Shown here: positions 55,788 through 64,000 of the stretch, piece after piece
Layout: each line of letters starts with the position of its first letter
How positions within the stretch are numbered: position 1 is the first letter of the stretch
NCBI GenBank assembly: GCA_050944155.1
Contig: JBMNQN010000001.1
Location: 64,001-128,000 of the forward strand
Reading direction: 5' to 3'
DNA: 64,000 nucleotides
Source: Candidatus Methanomethylophilaceae archaeon
Lineage (GTDB): Archaea; Thermoplasmatota; Thermoplasmata; Methanomassiliicoccales; Methanomethylophilaceae
Translations under genes and position numbers: made by a program
Notes under the pieces: generated by a model
What the model was told of the DNA's origin: nothing
The model's input: the letters and a program-made list of their open reading frames with translations, nothing else
Databases searched by the model: none

Positions 55788-57152
55788 TCAGTTCTTGAAA
55801 CTGTGTATGGGTGCGGGTATGCGGCCTTTGCGGTTTACGAATCCGGCACATCCGAATTCGTTCACCGGCATGACGGGTCCTCCGCCGAGAAGTCCGCCGA
55901 ATTCCGCTCTGTCTCCCGCCTTCTTTCCCACGACGGGAATGAGTCTGCATGCGGTGGTCTTCTGATTCACCATACCGATGGCCATTTCGTCGGCTATTAT
56001 TCCGGAAATCGTCTCCTCGGAAGTGTCTCCCGGTATAGCCACCATGTCCAGTCCCACGGAGCATACGCAGGTCATGGCTTCCAGTTTTTCGAGAGTAAGG
56101 GCGCCGCATTCGGCCGCGCGCACCATGGAGCTGTCCTCGGATACGGGGATGAACGCACCGCTCAGACCTCCCACGTATGACGAAGCCATCACGCCTCCCT
56201 TTTTCACCTGATCGTTGAGTATGGCGAGAGCGGCGGTGGTTCCGTGCGCTCCGGTTCTTTCGATACCCATCTCTTCGATGATGTCGGCTATGCTGTCTCC
56301 CACCGCGGGAGTCGGTGCCAGGGACAAATCCACGATTCCGAAGGGAACTCCCAGTCTGTTCGACGCTTCCCTTGCCACCAGCTGTCCCACTCTCGTGACT
56401 TTGAACGCAGTTTTCTTTATGGTTTCGCAGAGGACTTCGAAATCTTCCCCTTTGACTTTGGATACGGCGGTTTTCACCACTCCGGGACCGGAAACTCCCA
56501 CGTTGATTACGGTTTCAGGTTCGGTGACTCCGTGGAACGCACCCGCCATGAACGGGTTGTCGTCGGGCGGGTTGCAGAAAACCACAAGTTTGGCGCATCC
56601 CACCGAATCGTGTTCCTTCGTAAGTTCTGCGGTTTTCTTTATGATTCGGCCCATTTTGCGGACGGCGTTCATGTTTATTCCCGCCCTGGTGGAACCCAGG
56701 GAGACCGAACTGCAGATTCTTTCGGTGGAAGCTAAGGCTTCCGGTATGGAATCTATGAGAAGAACGTCCGAATCGTTCATTCCTTTCTGAACCAGCGCGG
56801 AATATCCTCCTATGAAGTTGACGCCTATCTTTTCGGCCGCTCTGTCCAGGGTTTTCGCGATTTCGACGAAATCTCCCGCGGTCCTGCAGGCGGAAGCTCC
56901 GACTATGGATACCGGCGTCACCGAAACGCGTTTGTTCGTTATGGGAATGCCGTATTCCAGTCCTATTTCGTCTCCCACGGAGACCAAATCCTTTGCTTTG
57001 TCCGTGATTTTCGCGTAGACGGCATCGCAGAGTTCGTCCAGATTTCTGCTGCAGCAGTCCGTCAGACCGATTCCCATGGTTATGGTCCTGACGTCCAGGC
57101 TTTCGTCCTTGATCATGGTGTTCGTTTCGAACACTTCTTCAAGTTCCACCAT
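55788..57152 (-). CDS. DUF711 / UPF0210 (PFL-like fold) family protein
   Basis: [52 protein letters not shown]. Confidence 0.92.
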   Translation of the reverse strand: MVELEEVFETNTMIKDESLDVRTITMGIGLTDCCSRNLDELCDAVYAKITDKAKDLVSVGDEIGLEYGIPITNKRVSVTPVSIVGASACRTAGDFVEIAKTLDRAAEKIGVNFIGGYSALVQKGMNDSDVLLIDSIPEALASTERICSSVSLGSTRAGINMNAVRKMGRIIKKTAELTKEHDSVGCAKLVVFCNPPDDNPFMAGAFHGVTEPETVINVGVSGPGVVKTAVSKVKGEDFEVLCETIKKTAFKVTRVGQLVAREASNRLGVPFGIVDLSLAPTPAVGDSIADIIEEMGIERTGAHGTTAALAILNDQVKKGGVMASSYVGGLSGAFIPVSEDSSMVRAAECGALTLEKLEAMTCVCSVGLDMVAIPGDTSEETISGIIADEMAIGMVNQKTTACRLIPVVGKKAGDRAEFGGLLGGGPVMPVNEFGCAGFVNRKGRIPAPIHSFKN

Positions 57153-57156
57153 GGAA

Positions 57157-57429
57157 TCAGATCCTGTGCATCATGTTGAAGATTTCTTCGTGCTGGGCCT
57201 GTATTATGCAGCCGACTTTCTCGCCCACCTTTTTCAGGTCCTCGGTCAGATCGTTGAAGCTTTTTACGTAAGCGGAAGTGTCAACGATCATCATCATGTT
57301 GATGTATTCGTCCACGGTGGTCTGTTTGATGTCGAGAATGTTGATATCGTTCTCTGCGAAGTAGTTGCACACGGCGGCGATGATGCCCGTGTGATCTTTT
57401 CCCACAAGAGTGACTATAGTTTTGCTCAT
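57157..57429 (-). CDS. ACT domain protein (UPF0237-like)
   Basis: [24 protein letters not shown]; usual partner of DUF711. Confidence 0.9.
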   Translation of the reverse strand: MSKTIVTLVGKDHTGIIAAVCNYFAENDINILDIKQTTVDEYINMMMIVDTSAYVKSFNDLTEDLKKVGEKVGCIIQAQHEEIFNMMHRI

Positions 57430-57430
57430 T

Positions 57431-58999
57431 TCATCCCTTCCTTTCGCTCAGCGCGATGGCATATTCCAGCGAATCCACCAGCGCTATAAGGCTGGCTTCT
57501 ATGACGTTTTCCGACACGCCCACGGTGGTCCAGCTTTCGTTTCCGTCGGTAGAGCGTATAAGAACTCTCACCGGGGCGGCGGTGGCCGCTTTTTCGTCCA
57601 ATACTCTTACTTTGTAGTCCGACAGGCGTATGGAGTTGAGAACGGGATAGAATTTGGACAGCGCTTTTCTGAGGGCGTTGTCCATGGCGTTGACCGGACC
57701 GTCTCCGTCGGATGCGGTGTGTTCGATGTTTCCTTCCCGGTCCTTGACTTTGATGCTGGCTTCCGAAATAAGTTTGCCGTTTTCCGTCTCGTCTATGAAC
57801 AGCCTGAATCCGGCTATGGTGAAATGGGGTTCGGCTTCCTTTCTGAGCCTTTTCACGAGAAGTTCGAAACTTGCGTCGGCCCCTTCGAACTGGTATCCCT
57901 TGGATTCCAGTTCTTTGACGGTGGCAGTAATCAGTTCGCTGTCGCATCCTTCTTCGGTTATGCCCAGCTCTTTGAGTTTTTCGGAGATGCTCGCTCTCCC
58001 GGACATATCGGAAACAAGAACTCTGCGTCTGTTTCCCACGGTTTCCGGGTTAATGTGTTCGTAGGTTCTCGAATCCTTCGCAAGGGCGGAAACGTGCATT
58101 CCCCCTTTGTGGGCAAAGGCTTTCTCTCCCACGTAAGGCATGGAAGACGGCGGAACCGTGTTGGAAACTTCTCCCACGTATTTCGACAGTTCCGTGAGTT
58201 TGGAAAGATCCTTCACGTTTGTGTTTCTCCCCATCTTCAGCATAAGGTTGGGGATTATCGAGCACATGTTTGCGTTTCCGGTTCTTTCGCCTATTCCGTT
58301 CACGCAGCCCTGAACCATTTCCGCTCCCGCCTTGACCGCGGCAAGAGAACATGCCACGGCGAGTTCGGAGTCGTTGTGGCAGTGGATTCCTATCTTCGCA
58401 TCGATGTTTTTCTTCACGGCGGATACCGCGTCCGCGATTCTGTCGGGAAGGGTTCCTCCGTTGGTGTCGCACAGAACTATCCACTCCGCTCCCGCTTCCG
58501 CCGCGGCGGATACGGCTTTCATGGCGTACTCCCCGTCGGAATAGAATCCGTCGAAGAAATGTTCGGCGTCGAACATGACTTTCATTCCGGATTCAACGAG
58601 GAATTCTATGCTTTCCTTTATGATTGCCAGATTTTCTTCCTTGGAAATGTTGAGTGCCTTCTCCACGTGAAAATCCCAGGTCTTTCCGAATATGCACGCC
58701 CATTCCGCGCCGGACCCGGCGATATTCCTGAGATTCGTATCCTCTTCGGCTTTCATGCCGCGCCTTCTGGTGCTTCCGAAGGCGCACAGTTTCGCATGAG
58801 ACAGATTCAGGTCTTTGGCTTTGGAAAAGAATTCCGTGTCGACGGGATTGGAACCGGGCCATCCTCCTTCGACGAAATCCATTCCGAACCTGTCCAGTTC
58901 CGTCAGGATATCCAGTTTGTCCTGGACCGAAAAAGAGATTCCTTCGCTCTGTGCGCCGTCTCTGAGGGTTGTGTCGTATAATACGACCTTCAAGTTCAT
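57431..58999 (-). CDS. cimA: Citramalate synthase
   Basis: [42 protein letters not shown], LeuA-type regulatory domain. Confidence 0.9.
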   Translation of the reverse strand: MNLKVVLYDTTLRDGAQSEGISFSVQDKLDILTELDRFGMDFVEGGWPGSNPVDTEFFSKAKDLNLSHAKLCAFGSTRRRGMKAEEDTNLRNIAGSGAEWACIFGKTWDFHVEKALNISKEENLAIIKESIEFLVESGMKVMFDAEHFFDGFYSDGEYAMKAVSAAAEAGAEWIVLCDTNGGTLPDRIADAVSAVKKNIDAKIGIHCHNDSELAVACSLAAVKAGAEMVQGCVNGIGERTGNANMCSIIPNLMLKMGRNTNVKDLSKLTELSKYVGEVSNTVPPSSMPYVGEKAFAHKGGMHVSALAKDSRTYEHINPETVGNRRRVLVSDMSGRASISEKLKELGITEEGCDSELITATVKELESKGYQFEGADASFELLVKRLRKEAEPHFTIAGFRLFIDETENGKLISEASIKVKDREGNIEHTASDGDGPVNAMDNALRKALSKFYPVLNSIRLSDYKVRVLDEKAATAAPVRVLIRSTDGNESWTTVGVSENVIEASLIALVDSLEYAIALSERKG

Positions 59000-59994
59000 T
59001 CCTCCCGGTTGTCCATCACCGCTATCAGGTCGCTGAGTACGGCGGACGCCGTTTCCAGTCTTCCCGCCCCCCGTCCGGTTATGGTTACGGGACCGGCCAG
59101 GTCGCTCAGGATTTGCGCAGCATTGAGCGTTCCGTTAACCGCAAGAGGGTGTCCTTTGGGTATGAGCCTGGGGGCGACTTCCAGTTTCGTGTCCGTGACT
59201 TCGCCTATCAGGCGTATGACCATGTTGCGGGATTTGGCCAAAGCTATCGCCTCTTCGGTTATTCCCGTTATTCCGGTAATCGAAACGTCGGAAAGCACCA
59301 CGTCCCGGTGGAAAACCGAGTTGGCAAGTATGACCGCTTTGCAGGCGCTGTCGTATCCTTCGACGTCTCCTGCCGGGTCGGCTTCGGCATATCCCAGCTG
59401 CTGGGCTTCTTTGAGCGCCTGGCCGTAGGGCTGTCCGCTGTCCATTTTGCTCAGTATGTAGTTGCAGGTCCCGTTCAGGATTCCCCGTATCGACTTTATG
59501 TTCTCTCCCACGAGGAGATCGTGGCAGAGGTTGATTATGGGCATTGCGCCTCCTACGGAACCTTCGAATTTGAATTTGCATTTTTTCTCTCTGGCTAATG
59601 CGATAAGTTTTCCGAAGGAAATCGCCAGAGGACCTTTGTTCGTCGTAATCACGTCCTTTCCGCATTCCAGGGCGTGGGTTATGTTTATCAGCCCCTGCCC
59701 TCCGTCTTCGTAGTTGGTGGGGCTTACTTCGATCAGTATGTCGTAATCGACCGAATCCAGAACTTCCAGGGCGTCAGTGTAGGTTTTCTTCCCCACCTTA
59801 CCCGTTTCCGTTTTGACGGAGACCAAATCCAAAGGTGCCAGTCCTTCGGGGTCGGTTATGTACGTGCGGGAATCCATGACTCCCACGATTTTCACGTTCT
59901 TTCCGTAACGCTTCTTGAAAAATTCTTTTCTGGATTCGAGAACTTCCGCCACTCCCTGTCCGACGGTTCCGAATCCCGCTATGAACAGACGCAT
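58996..59994 (-). CDS. hom: Homoserine dehydrogenase
   Basis: [42 protein letters not shown]. Confidence 0.95.
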   Translation of the reverse strand: MRLFIAGFGTVGQGVAEVLESRKEFFKKRYGKNVKIVGVMDSRTYITDPEGLAPLDLVSVKTETGKVGKKTYTDALEVLDSVDYDILIEVSPTNYEDGGQGLINITHALECGKDVITTNKGPLAISFGKLIALAREKKCKFKFEGSVGGAMPIINLCHDLLVGENIKSIRGILNGTCNYILSKMDSGQPYGQALKEAQQLGYAEADPAGDVEGYDSACKAVILANSVFHRDVVLSDVSITGITGITEEAIALAKSRNMVIRLIGEVTDTKLEVAPRLIPKGHPLAVNGTLNAAQILSDLAGPVTITGRGAGRLETASAVLSDLIAVMDNREE

Positions 59995-59995
59995 T

Positions 59996-60508
59996 TCAGA
60001 GCCCCCTTACGTACGTTATCGCGCCTTCTTTGCAGGCCGCCCTGAGGAATCTGTCCAGTTTGTCCAGATCCTTTTCGTCGCGGACCTTTACGGAAATCAT
60101 AGCCGTGCGTTTTTCGCTGGAGGTGTTTCCGGAAGAGTACTGGATATCCACCGAATCGATGTTCACGGCGGCCGAAGCCTCGTCCATGAGCTGTTCTATG
60201 TAAGATGCGGTTATGTTTCCTATGAGCATGTATTCCATGGAAAAAGTGCTGTACACGGATCCGATGCTGGATATGATGATGTCCTTGGATTTCCAGATGT
60301 TTTCCAGTTTTTTGAGCTGTTCGGCGTCTTCGACCTCGAAGGTCACGTCCAGAGAGATTCTGCGGTTCACTATCTGTTCCCTGTCGTGAACAACGCCCAT
60401 GATGTTGCCGCCGACCATGGATATCGGTTCGAGGGAGCCTACCAGCTGTCCGGGAAGATCTTTGACGTACAGTTCGGCATTTACTATCATTTGCTTTCCG
60501 TCTGACAT
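59996..60508 (-). CDS. ACT-domain allosteric partner of homoserine dehydrogenase
   Basis: [25 protein letters not shown]; directly upstream of hom. Confidence 0.85.
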   Translation of the reverse strand: MSDGKQMIVNAELYVKDLPGQLVGSLEPISMVGGNIMGVVHDREQIVNRRISLDVTFEVEDAEQLKKLENIWKSKDIIISSIGSVYSTFSMEYMLIGNITASYIEQLMDEASAAVNIDSVDIQYSSGNTSSEKRTAMISVKVRDEKDLDKLDRFLRAACKEGAITYVRGL

Positions 60509-60666
60509 TCCTCTCTTATTAATTATATTATCGCCCGCGCGGTTCCGCACACACAATCGGGAAATGCACAGTGCCAGTACCGTTTTTTGCTTATATTCGG
60601 AGGTAAACGAAAACAAGACGGCGGCGGGAATAAAAATTCTCCGAAAGAACGCATATTTCTAGAAGA

Positions 60667-60742
60667 TGGTGCGGACGCCGGGATTCGAACCCGAGTTCTA
60701 ACCTTGGCAAGGTCAAGTGATAACCAGCTACACCACGTCCAC
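60667..60742 (-). tRNA. tRNA-Gly (GCC)
   Basis: TGACC-ttGCCaa-GGTTA anticodon arm, TTCGAAT, encoded CCA. Confidence 0.95.
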
Positions 60743-60843
60743 AGGGTAAGCCCAAGATTGACTTTTTGATTATAAATTTTGCCTTGTTTCGGTGACGAAT
60801 CCTTAAATAACACTTCCATATTGGCAACACCTGAGGTAATAAG

Positions 60844-60993
60844 ATGGCGCGCTTTAAAGAGGCCGAAGAAAGGCTCCTTAACAAATCGGTATGCATGAAC
60901 TGCTATGCTACGAATCCGCCCAAGGCCGAAAAGTGCCGTAAATGCAGGTACACCAAACTCAGGCCCAAGGCGAAAGAAAGCAGAAAGCAGTGA
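60844..60993 (+). CDS. rpl40e: 50S ribosomal protein L40e (absent from ORF track)
   Basis: [45 protein letters not shown]. Confidence 0.95.
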   Translation: MARFKEAEERLLNKSVCMNCYATNPPKAEKCRKCRYTKLRPKAKESRKQ

Positions 60994-61107
60994 TCTCATG
61001 TCCTTTTCGGGGGTCCGGGGCTCCGGTGCCGCCGGATTTTTCCCGTTCTCCCGCCGGACTTGGGTTAATATAGTCCTTGGGCAGTCCGTATATCCGGAGA
61101 CAGACGG

Positions 61108-62007
61108 ATGAAAATTCTCGTTGCCGAAGACAATACGGCCATTCAGGAAATTCTCAGAGAGATTATCGTCTCTACGGGTAACGAGGCTATTCTGGCATCC
61201 GGAGTAAAAGACGCTTCGGACGCGGTATTCGAATTCAATCCCGATCTCATTTTCCTGGATATGTACCTGGAAGGGGAACCGGGACTCAACGTCATAACCA
61301 CGGTTCACGAAGAAGACGTCTCCTACCCGATGAAAGTGTACATGATCAAAAACAGCAGAGATTATGTACCGAAGGACAACGCGTTCATCGTCGGCGAGAT
61401 AGAGAAACCCTTCGAAAGTTCCGAAATCGTCAGAATAATAAGCGAAGCGGAAAAAATACCCGAAGAGGTTCCCGCGCCCGTTCCGGAAAAACGTCCGATA
61501 TGGAAAAGAAAACGCACCGAAAAGGTACAGAACGTCGAACCCGAACCTTCGGAACTTCCCGCCGGAAAAGCTTATCTTTTCATAGGAAACGGTTCGGACG
61601 TGGCTTACGCACATGCCATTGAATTTCTGACCGCAGGTTACGATCTGATGGTGATCACCGGAAGCAAAATCAAAGCCGTCAGGGACAAAATGAAATCCGA
61701 ATCGGTGCAGGTGATGGCGCTGTCTTCCAAATCCCTGCTGGGATACAAGGACGCAAAAAAACTGGGCACGCTCACCGAATCGGTAAACGCATTCATAAGG
61801 GAAAAAGAACGCCCGGTCATTCTTTTCGACAATCTTTCCGTGCTCATAGAGAAGAACGGAGCCAACCGCATTCTGACGATGCTCAGGCAGCTTACGTCCG
61901 ACAACGCGGAAACGGCAACCTTCATTATATCCGCGGAGGAAGGCTCTCTCGGAAGCAGGGAAATCGAAATAATGGCCAGCAACATGACGGTCAGGACACA
62001 GAACTGA
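61108..62007 (+). CDS. Response-regulator receiver fused to a DUF835-like domain
   Basis: MKILVAEDN, PDLIFLDM, KPF; C-terminal PVILFDNLSVLIEKNG resembles DUF835. Confidence 0.78.
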   Translation: MKILVAEDNTAIQEILREIIVSTGNEAILASGVKDASDAVFEFNPDLIFLDMYLEGEPGLNVITTVHEEDVSYPMKVYMIKNSRDYVPKDNAFIVGEIEKPFESSEIVRIISEAEKIPEEVPAPVPEKRPIWKRKRTEKVQNVEPEPSELPAGKAYLFIGNGSDVAYAHAIEFLTAGYDLMVITGSKIKAVRDKMKSESVQVMALSSKSLLGYKDAKKLGTLTESVNAFIREKERPVILFDNLSVLIEKNGANRILTMLRQLTSDNAETATFIISAEEGSLGSREIEIMASNMTVRTQN

Positions 62008-62016
62008 GGCACTCGG

Positions 62017-63279
62017 ATGATAATAGAGAAAGTATGGGCAAGAGAAGTACTCGATTCCCGCGGCAACCCCACGGTCGAGGCTGAAATAACGGTATCGGGA
62101 CACAGAATCACAGCGATAGCTCCTTCCGGAGCATCCACCGGCACGTGGGAAGCGCACGAACTCCGCGACGGAGGAAAACGCTACGGAGGAAAAGGCGTTC
62201 TCAAAGCGGTGGAAAACGTCAGAACGGAAATATCCGGAATTCTGACGGGAACCGATCCGGCCGATCAGGAAGCCGCCGACAGAGCGATGACAGAACTGGA
62301 CGGCACTCCGGGCAAAACCCGTCTCGGAGCGAACGCGACCGTCGCCGTATCTCTGGCGGTCGCCAAAGCGGGGGCTATGGCCGAAGGGGTTCCTCTCTAC
62401 GAACACATCGGAAAAGGAAAAGTTCTGCCGGTGCCCATGTTCAACATAATAAACGGAGGAAAACACGCCGGCGGGAATCTGAAAATTCAGGAATGCATGC
62501 TCGTTCCGGCGGGACTTCCCAGCTATTCCGAATGTCTCAGGGCGGCTTCGGAAATCTACATGTCGCTGAAAAATCTGCTTAAGAAGAAATACGGTCCTTC
62601 CGCCGTGAACATAGGGGACGAGGGAGGTTTCGCTCCCCCCGTAAACACCGTGTCGGAAGCTCTGGAGACGATTCTGGAAGCCGCTTCGGACGCGGGATAC
62701 GCTCCCGGGAAAGAAATATTCCTGGCGATGGATGCGGCGTCTTCCGAATTTTTCGAAAACGGACGCTACGACGTGGACGGCATGAGCCTGACGGCCGTAG
62801 AGCTTTCCGACCACTATGTTTCGCTGACGAAGGAATTCCCGCTGGTAAGCATCGAAGATCCCTTTTTCGAAGACGATTTCGAAACCACCGCGCAGCTCAC
62901 TAAAAAAATCGGAAACAAAGTTCAGATTGTGGGGGACGACCTTTTCGTCACCAATACGGAACGTCTCATGCGGGGAATAAAGGAAGGCGCGGCGAACGCC
63001 CTTCTCCTGAAAGTCAACCAGATAGGAACGGTAACCGAATCGGCGGAAGCCGCAGGTGCCAGTTTTGAAAACGGATACCGCGTCATCGTGTCCCACAGGT
63101 CCGGAGAATCCGAAGATACTTCCATATCCGACCTGTCGGTGGGATGGGGAACCGGACAGATCAAAACGGGAGCTCCCGCCCGCGGAGAAAGAACTGCGAA
63201 GTACAACAGACTTCTGAGAATCGAAGAAGAACTGGGAAGCGCCGCGGTTTTCCCCGGAAAGAAAGCTTTCGGACTCTGA
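62017..63279 (+). CDS. eno: Enolase
   Basis: LDSRGNPTVE, PSGASTG, GDEGGF, SHRSGE, RTAKYNRL. Confidence 0.98.
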   Translation: MIIEKVWAREVLDSRGNPTVEAEITVSGHRITAIAPSGASTGTWEAHELRDGGKRYGGKGVLKAVENVRTEISGILTGTDPADQEAADRAMTELDGTPGKTRLGANATVAVSLAVAKAGAMAEGVPLYEHIGKGKVLPVPMFNIINGGKHAGGNLKIQECMLVPAGLPSYSECLRAASEIYMSLKNLLKKKYGPSAVNIGDEGGFAPPVNTVSEALETILEAASDAGYAPGKEIFLAMDAASSEFFENGRYDVDGMSLTAVELSDHYVSLTKEFPLVSIEDPFFEDDFETTAQLTKKIGNKVQIVGDDLFVTNTERLMRGIKEGAANALLLKVNQIGTVTESAEAAGASFENGYRVIVSHRSGESEDTSISDLSVGWGTGQIKTGAPARGERTAKYNRLLRIEEELGSAAVFPGKKAFGL

Positions 63280-63283
63280 TACT

Positions 63284-64000
63284 ATGGCAAAACTTTTCAT
63301 CGCCGACGAAAACGACGTCCGTTCCGGAAAGACCATGGACGTTTATTTCGAACGTACCAAACGCATCCTGGAAGCGAAGGGACTTGCGGGAACGAAGGTG
63401 TGCGCGGAATTCACCGGCAGCGCCCTTCCCGACGGGTGGAACCGGGCAGTGTTCTGCGGACTCGAAGAAGTGATACGTCTTATGGAGGGTCTCCCGGTAA
63501 GTATAAGCGCGGTTCCCGAGGGTACGGTTTTCAGCCCCAGGACTCCGGCGAGCGTAAGGGTTCCCCTGATGAACTTTTTCGGAGCCTACACGGATTTCGG
63601 AATCATGGAAACCGCCGTGCTCGGGATGATATGCCAGGCAACCGGAGTTGCGACCAAAGCGGCACGCACAAAAATCGCCGCCAAGGGAAAACCGGTGATA
63701 GCGTTCGGAAACAGAAGGATGCACCCTGCAATCGCCGGAATGCTCGACCGTTCCGCTTACATAGGAGGATGCGACGACGTTTCGTCATGGATAGGCGCGG
63801 AGTTCATCGGAAAGGAACCTCTGGGAACCGTTCCCCACGCGCTTCCGCTTATGATGGGAAGCAACGACGCCGCTTTCAAGGCCTTCGACGAAATAATCGA
63901 ACCCGGAGTTCCCAGAATAATGCTCATAGACACCTTTTCCGACGAACGCACGGCGGCCGTCGAAGCCTGCAGAACCGTCAAAAATCTTGCCGGCGTAAGG
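63284..64000 (+). CDS. pncB: Nicotinate phosphoribosyltransferase (runs off the window end)
   Basis: MAKLFIADENDVRSGKTMDVYFERT, PEGTVF, FGNRRMHP, GTVPHAL, IDTF. Confidence 0.88.
   Translation, partial: MAKLFIADENDVRSGKTMDVYFERTKRILEAKGLAGTKVCAEFTGSALPDGWNRAVFCGLEEVIRLMEGLPVSISAVPEGTVFSPRTPASVRVPLMNFFGAYTDFGIMETAVLGMICQATGVATKAARTKIAAKGKPVIAFGNRRMHPAIAGMLDRSAYIGGCDDVSSWIGAEFIGKEPLGTVPHALPLMMGSNDAAFKAFDEIIEPGVPRIMLIDTFSDERTAAVEACRTVKNLAGVR

Noticed and set aside
60523-63336. 937-aa minus-strand ORF
   Set aside because: Antisense to rpl40e, the receiver gene and eno, and runs through tRNA-Gly; no recognisable domain.
1-64000. CRISPR array, transposase, integrase or prophage
   Set aside because: No regularly spaced repeats and no mobile-element protein motifs seen.
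1-64000. In-frame amber (pyrrolysine) readthrough genes
   Set aside because: All recognised genes are full length without an internal TAG; no split ORF pair joined by TAG was seen.

Overview
Core-genome window from an archaeon. The gene content (hdrCB, purP, Thermoplasmata-type ribosomal proteins, a BspA/InlB adhesin, no TAG stops) points to a Methanomassiliicoccales methanogen, probably Methanomethylophilaceae; this assignment is inference. Positions 1.6-17.1 kb hold the large ribosomal protein superoperon (rpl3 to rpl15, secY, DUF106, cmk, cbf5). Translation, nucleotide, amino-acid and methanogenesis housekeeping genes follow, plus one large surface adhesin next to tRNA-Gln. There are six tRNAs: Gln-CTG, Met-CAT (intron), Ala-GGC, Arg-TCT (intron), Trp-CCA (intron) and Gly-GCC. 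I found no transposase, integrase or CRISPR array. The most notable observations are: (1) a tRNA-Arg(TCT) split by a 27-nt intron at the non-canonical T-loop position 59/60 with a perfect bulge-helix-bulge, in an apparent tRNA-Arg / rpl41e / tRNA-Trp unit; (2) a C/D-box guide in the tRNA-Trp intron predicted to methylate C34; (3) a richly structured ~170-nt leader before rpl3; (4) several orphan structured intergenic elements, including a promoter-operator-candidate sRNA at 55.6 kb; (5) pyrH apparently starting at ACG; (6) an ArsA/Get3 ATPase with an HSP20-like tail and an amphipathic partner; (7) zero amber stops among 77 complete genes. All calls come from reading the sequence by eye; no searches were run.
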